From the NCBI RefSeq assembly GCF_009914755.1, contig NC_060946.1: DNA of 64,000 nt. One strand, written 5' to 3'. The stretch's first letter is position 1. The number at the start of each line of letters is the position of its first letter. The position numbers and the translations under genes are program-made. Origin of the DNA: the human T2T-CHM13v2.0 reference genome, Homo sapiens. Below, in pieces: positions 41,501 through 56,900 of this stretch. The notes below the pieces were generated by a model. That model did not search any database. It had not been told where the DNA came from and saw only the letters and a list, made by a program, of their open reading frames with translations.

Positions 41501-44500
41501 CAATGGGATGGAGTGGAATCAACCCGAGTGGAATGGAATGGAATGGAATGGATCGGAATGGAATCCAATGGAATCAACTGGAATGGAATGGAATGGAATG
41601 GAATGGAATGCAATGGAATGGAATGGAATGGAATAAATCCGGGTGGAGTGGAATGGAATGTAATGGAGTGGAATGTAATGGAATTTAGTGGAATGGAATG
41701 GAATGGAATGAAATCTATTGGATCGGAATGGAATCCAATGGAATCAACTGGAATGGAATGGATTGGAATGGAATGGAATGGAATGGAATGGAATGGAATG
41801 GAATGGAACGGAATAAATCCAGTTGGAGTGGAATGGAATGCAATAGAGTGGAATGGAATGGAATTTAGAGGAATGGAATGGAATGGAATGGAATGGAATG
41901 GAATGGAATGGAATGGAATGGAATTGAATGGAATCAACCCGAATGGAATGGAACGGAATGGAATGGAATGGAATGGCATGGAATGGAATGGAATGGAATG
42001 GAATGGAATGGAATCAACACGAATGGCATGGCATAGAATGGAATGGAATGGAATGGAATGGAATGCAATGGAATGGAATGGAATGGAATGGAATGGAATG
42101 GAATCAACCGAAGTGCAATGGAATGGAATGGAATGCAATGGAATCCACCCGAGTGGAATGGAATGGAATGAAATGGAATGGAATGGAATGGAGTGGAATG
42201 GAACGGAATGGAGTGGAACGGAATAAACACCAGGGGAATGAAATGGATTGGAATGAAATGGAATGGAATGGAATGGAATGGAATGGAATGGAATGGAATG
42301 GAATGGAATAAATCCGGGTGGAGTGGAATGGAATGTAATGGAGTGGAATGGAATGGAATTTAGTGCAATGGAACGGAACGGAATGGAATGGAATGGAATG
42401 GAATGGAATCAACCCGAATGGAATGGAATGGAATGGAATGGAATGGAATGGAATGGAATGGAATGGAATCAACCCGAATGGGATGGTATGGAATGGAATT
42501 GAATGGAATGGAATGGAATGGAATGGAATGGAATGGAATGGAATGGAGTGGAATCAACCCAAGTGCAATGGAATAGAATGGAATGCAATGGAATCCACCC
42601 GAGTGGAATGGAATGGAATGGAATGAAATGGAATGGAATGGAATGCAATGGAATGGAATGGAATCGAAAGGAATAGAATGGAGTGGAATGGAACGGAATG
42701 GAGTGGAATGCAATAAACACCAGGGGAATGAAATGGATTTTTATGAAATGGAATGGAATGGAATGGAATGGAATGAAATCAACCCGAGTTGAATAGAACG
42801 GAATGGAATGGAATGGAAAGGAATGAATGGAATGGAATGGTTTGGAATCAACACGAGAGGAATGGAATGGAATGGAATGGAACGGAACGGAATGGAAAGG
42901 AATGGAATGGAATGAACCCGAATGGAATGGAATGGATTGGAATGGAATGGAATGGAATCAACCTGAGCGGAAAGGAATGGAATGGAATGGAGTGGAATGG
43001 AATGTAACGGAATGGAATGGAATGAAATCAACATGAATGGAATGGAACGGAATGGAATGGGATGGCATGGAATGGAATGGAATGGAAGTTAGTCAACACG
43101 CATGGAATGGAATGGAATGGAATGGAATGAAAAGGAAAGGAACAGAATGGAATCAACACGAGTGGAATGGAATGGAACGGAATGGAATCAACCCGAGTGG
43201 AATGAAATGGAATATAATGCAATGGGATGGAGTGGAATCAACCCCAGTGGAATGGAATGGAATGGAATGGAATGGAATGGAATGGAATGGAATGGAATGA
43301 AATGGAATGGATCGGAATGGAATCCAATGGAATCAACTGGAATGAAATGGAATGGAATGGAAAGGAATGGAATGGAATGGAATAAATCCGGGTGGAGTGG
43401 AATAGAATGTAATGGAGTGGAATGTAATGGAATTTAGTGGAATGGAATGGAATCGAATGGAATGAAATGGAATAGAATGCAATGGAATAAATCCGGGTGG
43501 AGTGGAATGGAATGTAATGGAGTGGAATGTAATGGAATTTAGTGGAATGGAATGGAATGGAATGGAATGGAATCAACCCGAATGGGATGGCATGGAATGG
43601 AATTGAATGGAATGGAATGGGATGGAATGGAATGGAGTGGAATCAACCCAAGTACAATGGAATAGAATGGAATGCAATGGAATCCACCCGAGTGGAATGG
43701 AATGGAATGGAATGGAATGGAATGGAATGGAATGGAATGGAATGCTATGGAATGGAATGGAATCGAAAGGAATAGAATGGAGTGGAATGGAACGGAATGG
43801 AGTGGAATGCAATAATCACCAGGGGAATGAAATGGATTGGAATGAAATGGAATGGAATGGACAGGAATGGAATGAAATCAACCCGAGTTGAATAGAACGG
43901 AATGGAATGGAATGGAAAGGAATGAATGGAATGGAATGGTTCGGAATCAACACGAGAGGAATGGAATGGAATGGAATGGAACGGAACGGAATGGAAAGGA
44001 ATGGAATGGAATGAACCCGAATGGAATGGAATGGATTGGAATGGAATGGAATGGAATCAACCTGAGCGGAAAGGAATGGAATGGAATGGAGTGGAATGGA
44101 ATGTAACGGAATAGATTGGAATGGAATGGAATGGAATGAAAAGGAAAGGAACAGAATGGAATCAACACGAGTGGAATGGAATGGAACGGAATGGAATTAA
44201 CCTGAGTGGAATGAAATGGAATGTAATGCAATAGGATGGAGTGGAATCAACCCCAGTGGAATGGAATGGAATGGAATGGAATGGAATGGAATGGAATGGA
44301 ATGGAATGGAATGAAATTGAATGGATCGGAATGGAATCCAATGGAATCAACTGGAATGAAATGGAATGGAATGGAAAGGAATGGAATGGAATGAAATGGA
44401 TTGGATCGGAAAGGAATTCAATGGAATCAAATGGAATGCAATAGAATGGAATGGAATGGAATGGAATGAAATGGATTGGATCAGAAAGGAATCCAATGGA

Positions 44501-44929
44501 ATCAACTGGAATGCAATGGAATGGAATGGAATGGAATGGAATGGAATAAAACCGGGTGGAGTGGAATGGAATGTAATGGAGTGGAATGTAATGGAATTTA
44601 GTGGAATGGAATGGAATGGAATGGAATGAAATCTATTGGATCAGAATGGAATCCAATGGAATCAGCTGGAATGGAATGGAATGAAAAGGAAAGGAACAAA
44701 ATGGAATCAACACGAGTGGAATGGAATGGAACGGAATGGAATTAACCTGAGTGGAATGAAATGGAATGTAATGCAATGGGATGGAGTGGAATCAACCCCA
44801 GTGGAATGGAATGGAATGGAATGGAATGGAACAGAATGGAATGGAATGGAATGAAATGGAATGGATCAGAATGGAATCCAATGGAATCAACTGGAATGAA
44901 ATGGAATGGAATGGAAAGGAATGGAATGG

Positions 44930-47900
44930 AATGGAATAAATCCGGGTGGAGTGGAATGGAATGTAATGGAGTGGAATGTAATGGAATTTAGTGGAATGGA
45001 ATGGAATCGAATGGAATGAAATGGAATGGAATGGAATGGAATAAATCCGGGTGGAGTGGAATGGAATGTAATGGAGTGGAATGTAATGGAATTTAGTGGA
45101 ATGGAATGGAATGGAATGGAATGGAATGAAATTTATTGGATTAGAATGGAATCCAATGGAATCAACTGGAATGGAATGGAATGGAATGGAACGGAATGGA
45201 ATGAAAAGGAAAGGAACAAAATGGAATCAACACGAGTGGAATGGAATGGAACGGAATGGAATTAACCCGAGTGGAATGAAATGGAATGTAATGCAATGGG
45301 ATGGAGTGGAATCAACCCCAGTGGAATGGAATGGAATGGAATGGAATGGAATGGAATGGAACGGAATGGAATGGAATGGAATGAAACGGAATGGATCGGA
45401 ATGGAATCCAATGGAATCAATTGGAATGAAATGGAATGGAATGGAAAGGAATGGAATGGAATGGAATAAATCCGGGTGGAGTGGAATGGAATGTAATGGA
45501 GTGGAATGTAATGGAATTTAGTGGAATGGAATGGAATCGAATGGAATGAAATGGAATGGAATGGAATGGAATAAATCCGGGTGGAGTGGAATGGAATGTA
45601 ATGGAGTGGAATGTAATGGAATTTAGTGGAATGGAATGGAATGGAATGGAATGAAATGGATTGGATCGGAAAGGAATCCAATGGAATCAAATGGAATGCA
45701 ATAGAATGGAATGGAATGGAATGGAATGGAATGGAATGGAATGGAATGGAATGGAATGGAATCAAACCGAATGGAATGGAACGGAATGGAATGCAATGGA
45801 ATGGAATGGAATGGAATGGAATGGAATGGAATGGAATCAACCCAAGTGCAATGGAATGGAATGGAATGGAATGGAATGGAATGCAATGGAGTGGAATGGA
45901 ACGGAATGAAGTGGAATGGAATAAACACCAGGGGAATGAAATGGATTGGAATGAAATGGAATGGAATGGAATGGAATGAAATGAAATCAACCCGAGTGGA
46001 ATGGAACGGAATGGAATGGAATGGAAAGGATTGAATGGAATGGAATGGTGTGGAATCAAAAAGAGAGGAATGGAATGGAATGGAACGGAACGGAATGGAA
46101 AGGAATGGAATGGAATGAACCCGCATGGAATGGAATGGATTGGAATGGAATGGAATGGAAACAACCCGAGCTTAAAGGAATGGAATTGAATGGAGTGGAA
46201 TGGAATGTAATGGAATGGAATGGAATGGAATGGAATCAACACGAATGGAATGGAACGGAATGGAATGGGATGGGATGGAATGGAAAGGAATGAAATGGAT
46301 TGGATCGGAATGGAATCCAATGGAATCAACTGGAATGGAATGGAAATTAATGGAATGGAATAAATCCGGGTGGAGTGGAATGGAATGTAATGGAGTGGAA
46401 TGGAATGGAATTTAATGGAATGGAATGGAATGGAATGGAATGGAATGGAATCAACCCAAGTGCAATGGAATGGAATGGAATGCAATGGAATCCACCCGAG
46501 TGGAATGCAACAGAATGGAATGGAAAGGAATGGAATGGAATGGAATGGAATGGAATGGAATGGAATGGAGTGGAATAGAATGGAGTGGAATGGAACAGAA
46601 TGGAGTGGAATGGAATAAACACCAGGGGAATGAAATGGGTTGGAATGAAATGGAATGGAAGGGAATGGAATGGAATGGAATGAAATCAACCCGAGTGGAA
46701 TGGAACGGAATGGAATGGAATGGAAAGGAATGAATGGAATGGAATGGTGTGGAATCAACACGAGAGGAATGGAATGGAATGGAATGGAATGATCCCGAAT
46801 GGAATGGAATGGATTGGAATGGAATGGAATGGAATCAACATGAGCGGAAAGGAATGGAATGGAATGGAGTGGAATGGAATGTAATGTAATGGAATGGAAT
46901 GGAATGGAATGGAATCAACACGAATGGAATGGAATGGAATGGAATGGGATGGGATGGAATGGAATGGAAGTTAATCAACACGAATGGAATGGAACGGAAT
47001 GGAAAGGAATGGAATGGAATGGAATGGAATGGAATGGAATGGAATTGAATGGAATGAAATGGAAAGGAACGGAATGGAATCAACATGAGTGGAATGGAAT
47101 GGAACGGAATGGAATGAACCCTAGTGGAATGAAATGGAATGTAATGCAATGGGATGGAGTGGAATCAACATGAGTCGAATGGAATGGAATGGAATGGAAT
47201 GGAATGGAATGGAATGGAATGGAATGGATCGGAATGGAATCCAATGGAATCCACTGGAATGGAATGGAATGGAATGGAATAAATCCGGGTGGAGTGGAAT
47301 GGAATGTAATGGAGTGGAATGGAATGGAATTTAGTGGTGTGGAATGGAATGGAATGGAATGGGATGGGATGGGATGGAATGGAATGGAATGGAACTTAAC
47401 ACGAATGGAACGGAATGCAAAGGAATGGAATGAAATGGAATGGAATGGAATGGAATGGAATGGAATGGAATCAACACGAATGGCATGGCATAGAATGGAA
47501 AGGAATGGAATGGAATGCAATGGAATGGAATGGAATGGAATCAACCCAAGTGCAATGGAATGGAATGGGATGCAATGGAATCCACCCGAGTGGAATGGAA
47601 TGGAATGAAATGGAATGGAATGGAATGGAGTGGAATGGAATGCAATGGAGTGGAATGGAATAAACACCAGGGGAATGAAATGGATTGGAATGCAATGGAA
47701 TGGAATGGAATGGAATGGAATGATATCAACCCGAGTGTAATGGAGCGGAATGGAATGGAATGGAAAGGAATGAATGGAATGGAATGGTGTGGAATCAACA
47801 CGAGAGGAATGGAATGGAATGCAATGGAACGGAACGGAATGGAAAGGAGTGGAATGGAATGAACCCGAATGGAATGGAAAGGATTGGAATGGAATGGAAT

Positions 47901-50900
47901 GGAATCAACCTGATTGGAAAGGAATGGTATAGAATGGAGTGGAATGGAATGTAACGGAATGGAATGGAATGGAATGGAATCAACACGAATGGAATGGAAC
48001 GGAATGGAATGGGATGGGATGGAATGGAAGAGAATGGATGTTAATCAACACGAATGGAATGGAATGGAATGGAATGGAATGGAATGGAATGGAAGGGATC
48101 GGAATGGAATCCAATGGAATCAACTGGAATGGAATGGAATGGAATGGAATGGAATGGAATGGAATGGAATGGAGTGGAATGCAATGGAATGGAATGGAAT
48201 GGAATAAATCCGGGTGGAGTGGAATGGAATGTAATGGAGTGGAATGTAATGGAATTTAGTGGAATGGAATGGAATCGAATGGAATGAAATGGAATGGAAT
48301 GGAATGGAATAAATCCGGGTGGAGTGGAATGGAATGTAATGGAGTGGAATGTAATGGAATTTAGTGGAATGGAATGGAATGGAATGGAATGGAATGAAAT
48401 TTATTGGATTAGAATGGAATCCAATGGAATCAACTGGAATGGAATGGAATGGAATGGAACGGAATGGAATGAAAAGGAAAGGAACAAAATGGAATCAACA
48501 CGAGTGGAATGGAATGGAACGGAATGGAATTAACCCGAGTGGAATGAAATGGAATGTAATGCAATGGGATGGAGTGGAATCAACCCCAGTGGAATGGAAT
48601 GGAATGGAATGGAATGGAATGGAATGGAATGGAATGGAACGGAATGGAATGGAATGGAATGAAACGGAATGGATCGGAATGGAATCGAATGGAATCAATT
48701 GGAATGAAATGGAATGGAATGGAAAGGAATGGAATGGAATGGAATAAATCCGGGTGGAGTGGAATGGAATGTAATGGAGTGGAATGTAATGGAATTTAGT
48801 GGAATGGAATGGAATCGAATGGAATGAAATGGAATGGAATGGAATGGAATAAATCCGGGTGGAGTGGAATGGAATGTAATGGAGTGGAATGTAATGGAAT
48901 TTAGTGGAATGGAATGGAATGGAATGGAATGAAATGGATTGGATCGGAAAGGAATCCAATGGAATCAAATGGAATGCAATAGAATGGAATGGAATGGAAT
49001 GGAATGGAATGGAATGGAATGGAATCAAACCGAATGGAATGGAACGGAATGGAATGCAATGGAATGGAATGGAATGGAATGGAATGGAATGGAATGGAAT
49101 GGAATCAACCCAAGTGCAATGGAATGGAATGGAATGGAATGGAATGGAATGCAATGGAGTGGAATGGAACGGAATGAAGTGGAATGGAATAAACACCAGG
49201 GGAATGAAATGGATTGGAATGAAATGGAATGGAATGGAATGGAATGAAATGAAATCAACCCGAGTGGAATGGAACGGAATGGAATGGAATGGAAAGGATT
49301 GAATGGAATGGAATGGTGTGGAATCAAAAAGAGAGGAATGGAATGGAATGGAACGGAACGGAATGGAAAGGAATGGAATGGAATGAACCCGCATGGAATG
49401 GAATGGATTGGAATGGAATGGAATGGAAACAACCCGAGCTTAAAGGAATGGAATTGAATGGAGTGGAATGGAATGTAATGGAATGGAATGGAATGGAATG
49501 GAATCAACACGAATGGAATGGAACGGAATGGAATGGGATGGGATGGAATGGAAAGGAATGAAATGGATTGGATCGGAATGGAATCCAATGGAATCAACTG
49601 GAATGGAATGGAAATTAATGGAATGGAATAAATCCGGGTGGAGTGGAATGGAATGTAATGGAGTGGAATGGAATGGAATTTAATGGAATGGAATGGAATG
49701 GAATGGAATGGAATCAACCCAAGTGCAATGGAATGGAATGGAATGCAATGGAATCCACCCGAGTGGAATGCAACAGAATGGAATGGAAAGGAATGGAATG
49801 GAATGGAATGGAATGGAATGGAATGGAATGGAGTGGAATAGAATGGAGTGGAATGGAACAGAATGGAGTGGAATGGAATAAACACCAGGGGAATGAAATG
49901 GGTTGGAATGAAATGGAATGGAAGGGAATGGAATGGAATGGAATGAAATCAACCCGAGTGGAATGGAACGGAATGGAATGGAATGGAAAGGAATGAATGG
50001 AATGGAATGGTGTGGAATCAACACGAGAGGAATGGAATGGAATGGAATGGAATGATCCCGAATGGAATGGAATGGATTGGAATGGAATGGAATGGAATCA
50101 ACATGAGCGGAAAGGAATGGAATGGAATGGAGTGGAATGGAATGTAATGTAATGGAATGGAATGGAATGGAATGGAATCAACACGAATGGAATGGAATGG
50201 AATGGAATGGGATGGGATGGAATGGAATGGAAGTTAATCAACACGAATGGAATGGAACGGAATGGAAAGGAATGGAATGGAATGGAATGGAATGGAATGG
50301 AATGGAATTGAATGGAATGAAATGGAAAGGAACGGAATGGAATCAACATGAGTGGAATGGAATGGAACGGAATGGAATGAACCCTAGTGGAATGAAATGG
50401 AATGTAATGCAATGGGATGGAGTGGAATCAACATGAGTCGAATGGAATGGAATGGAATGGAATGGAATGGAATGGAATGGAATGGAATGGATCGGAATGG
50501 AATCCAATGGAATCCACTGGAATGGAATGGAATGGAATGGAATAAATCCGGGTGGAGTGGAATGGAATGTAATGGAGTGGAATGGAATGGAATTTAGTGG
50601 TGTGGAATGGAATGGAATGGAATGGGATGGGATGGGATGGAATGGAATGGAATGGAACTTAACACGAATGGAACGGAATGCAAAGGAATGGAATGAAATG
50701 GAATGGAATGGAATGGAATGGAATGGAATGGAATCAACACGAATGGCATGGCATAGAATGGAAAGGAATGGAATGGAATGCAATGGAATGGAATGGAATG
50801 GAATCAACCCAAGTGCAATGGAATGGAATGGGATGCAATGGAATCCACCCGAGTGGAATGGAATGGAATGAAATGGAATGGAATGGAATGGAGTGGAATG

Positions 50901-53900
50901 GAATGCAATGGAGTGGAATGGAATAAACACCAGGGGAATGAAATGGATTGGAATGCAATGGAATGGAATGGAATGGAATGGAATGATATCAACCCGAGTG
51001 TAATGGAGCGGAATGGAATGGAATGGAAAGGAATGAATAGAATGGAATGGTGTGGAATCAACACGAGAGGAATGGAATGGAATGCAATGGAACGGAACGG
51101 AATGGAAAGGAGTGGAATGGAATGAACCCGAATGGAATGGAAAGGATTGGAATGGAATGGAATGGAATCAACCTGATTGGAAAGGAATGGTATAGAATGG
51201 AGTGGAATGGAATGTAACGGAATGGAATGGAATGGAATGGAATCAACACGAATGGAATGGAACGGAATGGAATGGGATGGGATGGAATGGAAGAGAATGG
51301 ATGTTAATCAACACGAATGGAATGGAATGGAATGGAATGGAATGGAAGGGATCGGAATGGAATCCAATGGAATCAACTGGAATGGAATGGAATGGAATGG
51401 AATGGAATGGAATGGAATGGAATGGAGTGGAATGCAATGGAATGGAATGGAATGGAATAAATCCGGGTGGAGTGGAATGGAATGTAATGGAGTGGAATGT
51501 AATGGAATTTAGTGGAATGGAATGGAATGGAATGGAATGGAATGGAATGGAATCTATTGGATTAGAATGGAATCCAATGGAATCAACTGGAATGGAATGG
51601 AATGGAATGGAACGGAATGGAATGAAAAGGAAAGGAACAAAATGGAATCAACACGAGTGGAATGGAATGGAACGGAATGGAATTAACCCGAGTGGAATGA
51701 AATGGAATGTAATGCAATGGGATGGAGTGGAATCAACCCCAGTGGAATGGAATGGAATGGAATGGAATGGAATGGAATGGAATGGAACGGAATGGAATGG
51801 AATGGAATGGAATGGAATGGAATGGAACGGAATGGAATGGAATGGAATGAAATGGAATGGATCGGAATGGAATCCAATGGAATCAACTGGAATGAAATGG
51901 AATGGAATGGAAAGGAATGGAATGGAATGGAATAAATCCGGGTGGAGTGGAATGGAATGTAACGGAGTGGAATGTAATGGAATTTAGTGGAATGGAATGG
52001 AATCGAATGGAATGAAATGGAATGGAATGGAATGGAATAAATCCGGGTGGAGTGGAATGGAATGTAATGGAGTGGAATGTAATGGAATTTAGTGGAATGG
52101 AATGGAATGGAATGGAATGAAATGGATTGGATCGGAAAGGAATCCAATGGAATCAAATGGAATGCAATAGAATGGAATGGAATGGAATGGAATGGAAAGG
52201 AATGGAATGGAATCAAACCGAATGGAATGGAACGGAATGGAATGGAAAGGAATGGAATGGAATGGAATGGAATGGAATGGAATGGAATCAACCCAAGTGC
52301 AATGGAATGGAATGGAATGGAATGGAATGGAATGGAATGCAATGGAGTGGAATGGAACGGAATGAAGTGGAATGGAATAAACACCAGGGGAATGAAATGG
52401 ATTGGAATGAAATGGAATGGAATGGAATGGAATGAAATGAAATCAACCCGAGTGGAATGGAACGGAATGGAATGTAATGGAAAGGATTGAATGGAATGGA
52501 ATGGTGTGGAATCAAAAAAAGAGGAATGGAATGGAATGGAACGGAACGGAATGGAAAGGAATGGAATGGAATGAACCCGAATGGAATGGAATGGATTGGA
52601 ATGGAATGGAATGGAAACAACCCGAGCTTAAAGGAATGGAATTGAATGGAGTGGAATGGAATGGAATGGAATGGAATGGAATGGAATGGAATCAACAGGA
52701 ATGGAATGGAACGGAATGGAATGGGATGGGATGGATTGGAATGGAATGAAATGGATTGGATCGGAATGGAATCCAATGGAATCAACTGGAATGGAATGGA
52801 AATGAATGGAATGGAATAAATCCGGGTGGAGTGGAATGGAATGTAATGGAGTGGAATGGAATGGAATTTAATGGAATGGAATGGAATGGAATGGAATGGA
52901 ATGGAATGGAATCAACCCAAGTGCAATGGAATGGAATGGAATGCAATAGAATCCACCCGAGTGGAATGCAACAGAATGGAATGGAAAGGAATGGAATGGA
53001 ATGGAATGGAATGGAGTGGAATGGAACAGAATGGAGTGGAATGGAATAAACACCAGGGGAATGAAATGGGTTGAAATGAAATGGAATGGAAGGGAATGGA
53101 ATGGAATTGAATGAAATCAACCCGAGTGGAATGGAACGGAATGGAATGGAATGGAAAGGAATGAATGGAATGGAATGGTGTGGAATCAACACGAGAGGAA
53201 TGGAATGGAATGGAATGGAATGATCCCGAATGGAATGGAATGGATTGGAATGGAATGGAATGGAATCAACAAGAGCGGAAAGGAATGGAATGGAATGGAG
53301 TGGAATGGAATGGAATTTAGTGGTGTGGAATGGAATGGAATGAAATGGGATGGGATGGGATGGAATGGAATGGAATGGAACTTAATCAACACGAATGGAA
53401 CGGAATGCAATGGAATGGAATGGAATGGAATGGAATGGAATGGAATGGAATGGAATCAACACGAATGACATGGCATAGAATGGAATGGAATGGAATGGAA
53501 TGGAATGGAATGGAATGGAATCAACCCAAATGGAATGGAACGGAATGGAATTGGATGGGATGGAATGGAATGGAATGCAAGTTAATCAACACGAATGGAA
53601 TGGAACTGAATGGAATGGAATGAAAAGGAAAGGAACATAATGGCATCAACACGAGTGGAATGGAATGGAACGGAATGGAATCAACCCGAGTGGAATGAAA
53701 TGGAATGTAATGCAATGGGATGGAGTGGAATCAACCCGAGTGGAATGGAATGGAATGGAATGGAATGGAATGGAATGGATCGGAATGGAATCCAATGGAA
53801 TCAACTGGAATGGAATGGAATGGAATGGAATGGAATGGAATGGAATGCAATGGAATGGAATGGAATGGAATAAATCCGGGTGGAGTGGAATGGAATGTAA

Positions 53901-56900
53901 TGGAAAGTAATGGAATTTAGTGGAATGGAATGGAATGGAAAGAAATCTATTGGATCAGAATGGAATCCAATGGAATCAACTGGAATGGAATGTAATGGAA
54001 TGGAATGGAACGGAATAAATCCGGTTGGAGTGGAATGGAATGGAATAGAGTGGAATGGAATGGAATTTAGAGGAATGGAATGGAATGGAATGGAATGGAA
54101 TGGGATGGAATGGAATGGAATGGAATGGAATGGAATGGAATCAACACGAATGGCATGGCATAGAATGGAATGGAATGGAATGGAATGCAATGGAATGGAA
54201 TGGAATGGAATCAACCCAAGTGCAATGGAATGGAATGGAATGCAATGGAATCCACCCGAGTGGAATGGAATGGAATGAAATGGAATGGAATGGAATGGAG
54301 TGGAATGGAACGCAATGGAGTGGAATGGAATAAACACCAGGGGAATGAAATGGATTGGAATGGAATGGAATGGAATGGAATGGAATGAAATCAACCCGAG
54401 TGTAATGGAGCGGAATGGAATGGAATGGAAAGGAATGAATGGAATGGAATGGTGTGGAATCAACACGAGAGGAATGGAATGGAATGGAATGGAACGGAAC
54501 GGAATGGAAAGGAGTGGAATGGAATGAACCCGAATGGAATGGAATGGATTGGAATGGAATGGAATGGAATCAACCTGAGTGGAAAGGAATGGAATAGAAT
54601 GGAGTGGAATGGAATGTAACGGAATGGAATGGAATGGAATGGAATCAACACGAATGGAATGGAACGGAATGGAATGGTATGGGATGGAATGAAAGAGAAT
54701 GGATGTTAATCAACACGAATGGAATGGAATGGAATGGAATGGAATGGAATGGAATGGAATGGATCGGAATGGAATCCAATGGAATCAACTGGAATGGAAT
54801 GGAATGGAATGGAATGAAAAGGAAAGGAACAAAATGGAATCAACACGAGTGGAATGGAATGGAACGGAATGGAATTAACCCGAGTGGAATGAAATGGAAT
54901 GTAATGCAATGGGATGGAGTGGAATCAACCCCAGTGGAATGCAATGGAATGGAATGGAATGGAATGGAATGGAATGGAATGGAATGGAACGGAATGGAAT
55001 GGAATGGACTGAAATGGAATGGATCGGAATGGAATCCAATGGAATCAACTGGAATGAAATGGAATGGAATGGAAAGGAATGGAATGGAATGGAATAAATC
55101 CGGGTGGAGTGGAATGGAATGTAATGGATTGGAATGTAATGGAATTTAGTGGAATGGAATAGAATCGAATGGAATGAAATGGAATGGAATGGAATGGAAT
55201 AAATCCGGGTGGAGTGGAATGGAATGTAATAGAGTGGAATGTAATGGAATTTAGTGGAATGGAATGGAATGGAATGGAATGAAATGGATTGGATCGGAAA
55301 GGAATCCAATGGAATCAAATGGAATGCAATAGAATGGAATGGAATGGAATGGAATGGAATCAAACCGAATGGAATGGAACGGAATGGAATGGAAAGGAAT
55401 GGAATGGAATGGAATGGAATGGAATGGAATGGAATGGAATCAACCCAAGTGCAATGGAATGGAATGGAATGGAATGGAATGGAATGGAATGGAATGCAAT
55501 GGAGTGGAATGGAACGGAATGAAGTGGAATGGAATAAACACCAGGGGAATGAAATGGATTGGAATGAAATGGAATGGAATGGAATGGAATGAAATGAAAT
55601 CAACCCGAGTGGAATGGAACGGAATGGAATGTAATGGAAAGGATTGAATGGAATGGAATGGTGTGGAATCAAAAAGAGAGGAATGGAATGGAATGGAACG
55701 GAACGGAATGGAAAGGAATGGAATGGAATGAACCCGAATGGAATGGAATGGATTGGAATGGAATGCAATGGAAACAACCCGAGCTTAAAGGAATGGAATT
55801 GAATGGAGTGGAATGGAATGTAATGGAATGGAATGGAATGGAATGGAATGGAATCAACACGAATGGAATGGAACGGAATGGAATGGGATGGGATGGAATG
55901 GAATGGAATGAAATGGATTGGATCGGAATGGAATCCAATGGAATCAACTGGAATGGAATGGAAATGAATGGAATGGAATAAATCCGGGTGGAGTGGAATG
56001 GAATGTAATGGAGTGGAATGGAATGGAATTTAATGGAATGGAATGGAATGGAATGGAATGGAATGGAATCAACCCAAGTGCAATGGAATGGAATGGAATG
56101 CAATGGAATCCACCCGAGTGGAATGCAACAGAATGGAATGGAAAGGAATGGAATGGAATGGAATGGAATGGAATGGAATGGAATGGAGTGGAATGGAACA
56201 GAATGGAGTGGAATGGAATAAACACCAGGGGAATGAAATGGGTTGGAATGAAATGGAATGGAAGGGAATGGAATGGAATGGAATGAAATCAACCCGAGTG
56301 GAATGGAACGGAATGGAATGGAATGGAAAGGAATGAATGGAATGGAATGGTGTGGAATCAACACGAGAGGAATGCAATGGAATGGAATGGAACGATCCCG
56401 AATGGAATGGAATGGATTGGAATGGAATGGAATGGAATCAACATGAGCGGAAAGGAATGGAATGGAATGGAGTGGAATGGAATGTAATGTAATGTAATGG
56501 AATAGAATGGAATGGAATCAACACGAATGGAATGGAATGGAATGGAATGGGATGGGATGGAATGGAATGGAAGTTAATCAACACGAATGGAATGGAACAG
56601 AATGGAAAGGAATGGAATGGAATGGAATGGAATGGAATGGAATGGAATGGAATTGAATGGAATGAAATGGAAAGGAACGGAATGGAATCAACATGATTGG
56701 AATGGAATGGAACAGAATGGAATGAACCCTAGTGGAATAAAATGGAATGTAATGCAATGGGATGGAGTGGAATCAACATGAGTCGAATGGAATGGAATGG
56801 AACGGAATGGAATGGAATGGAATGGATCGGAATGGAATCCAATGGAATCCACTGGAATGGAATGGAATGGAATGGAATAAATCCGGGTGGAGTGGAATGG

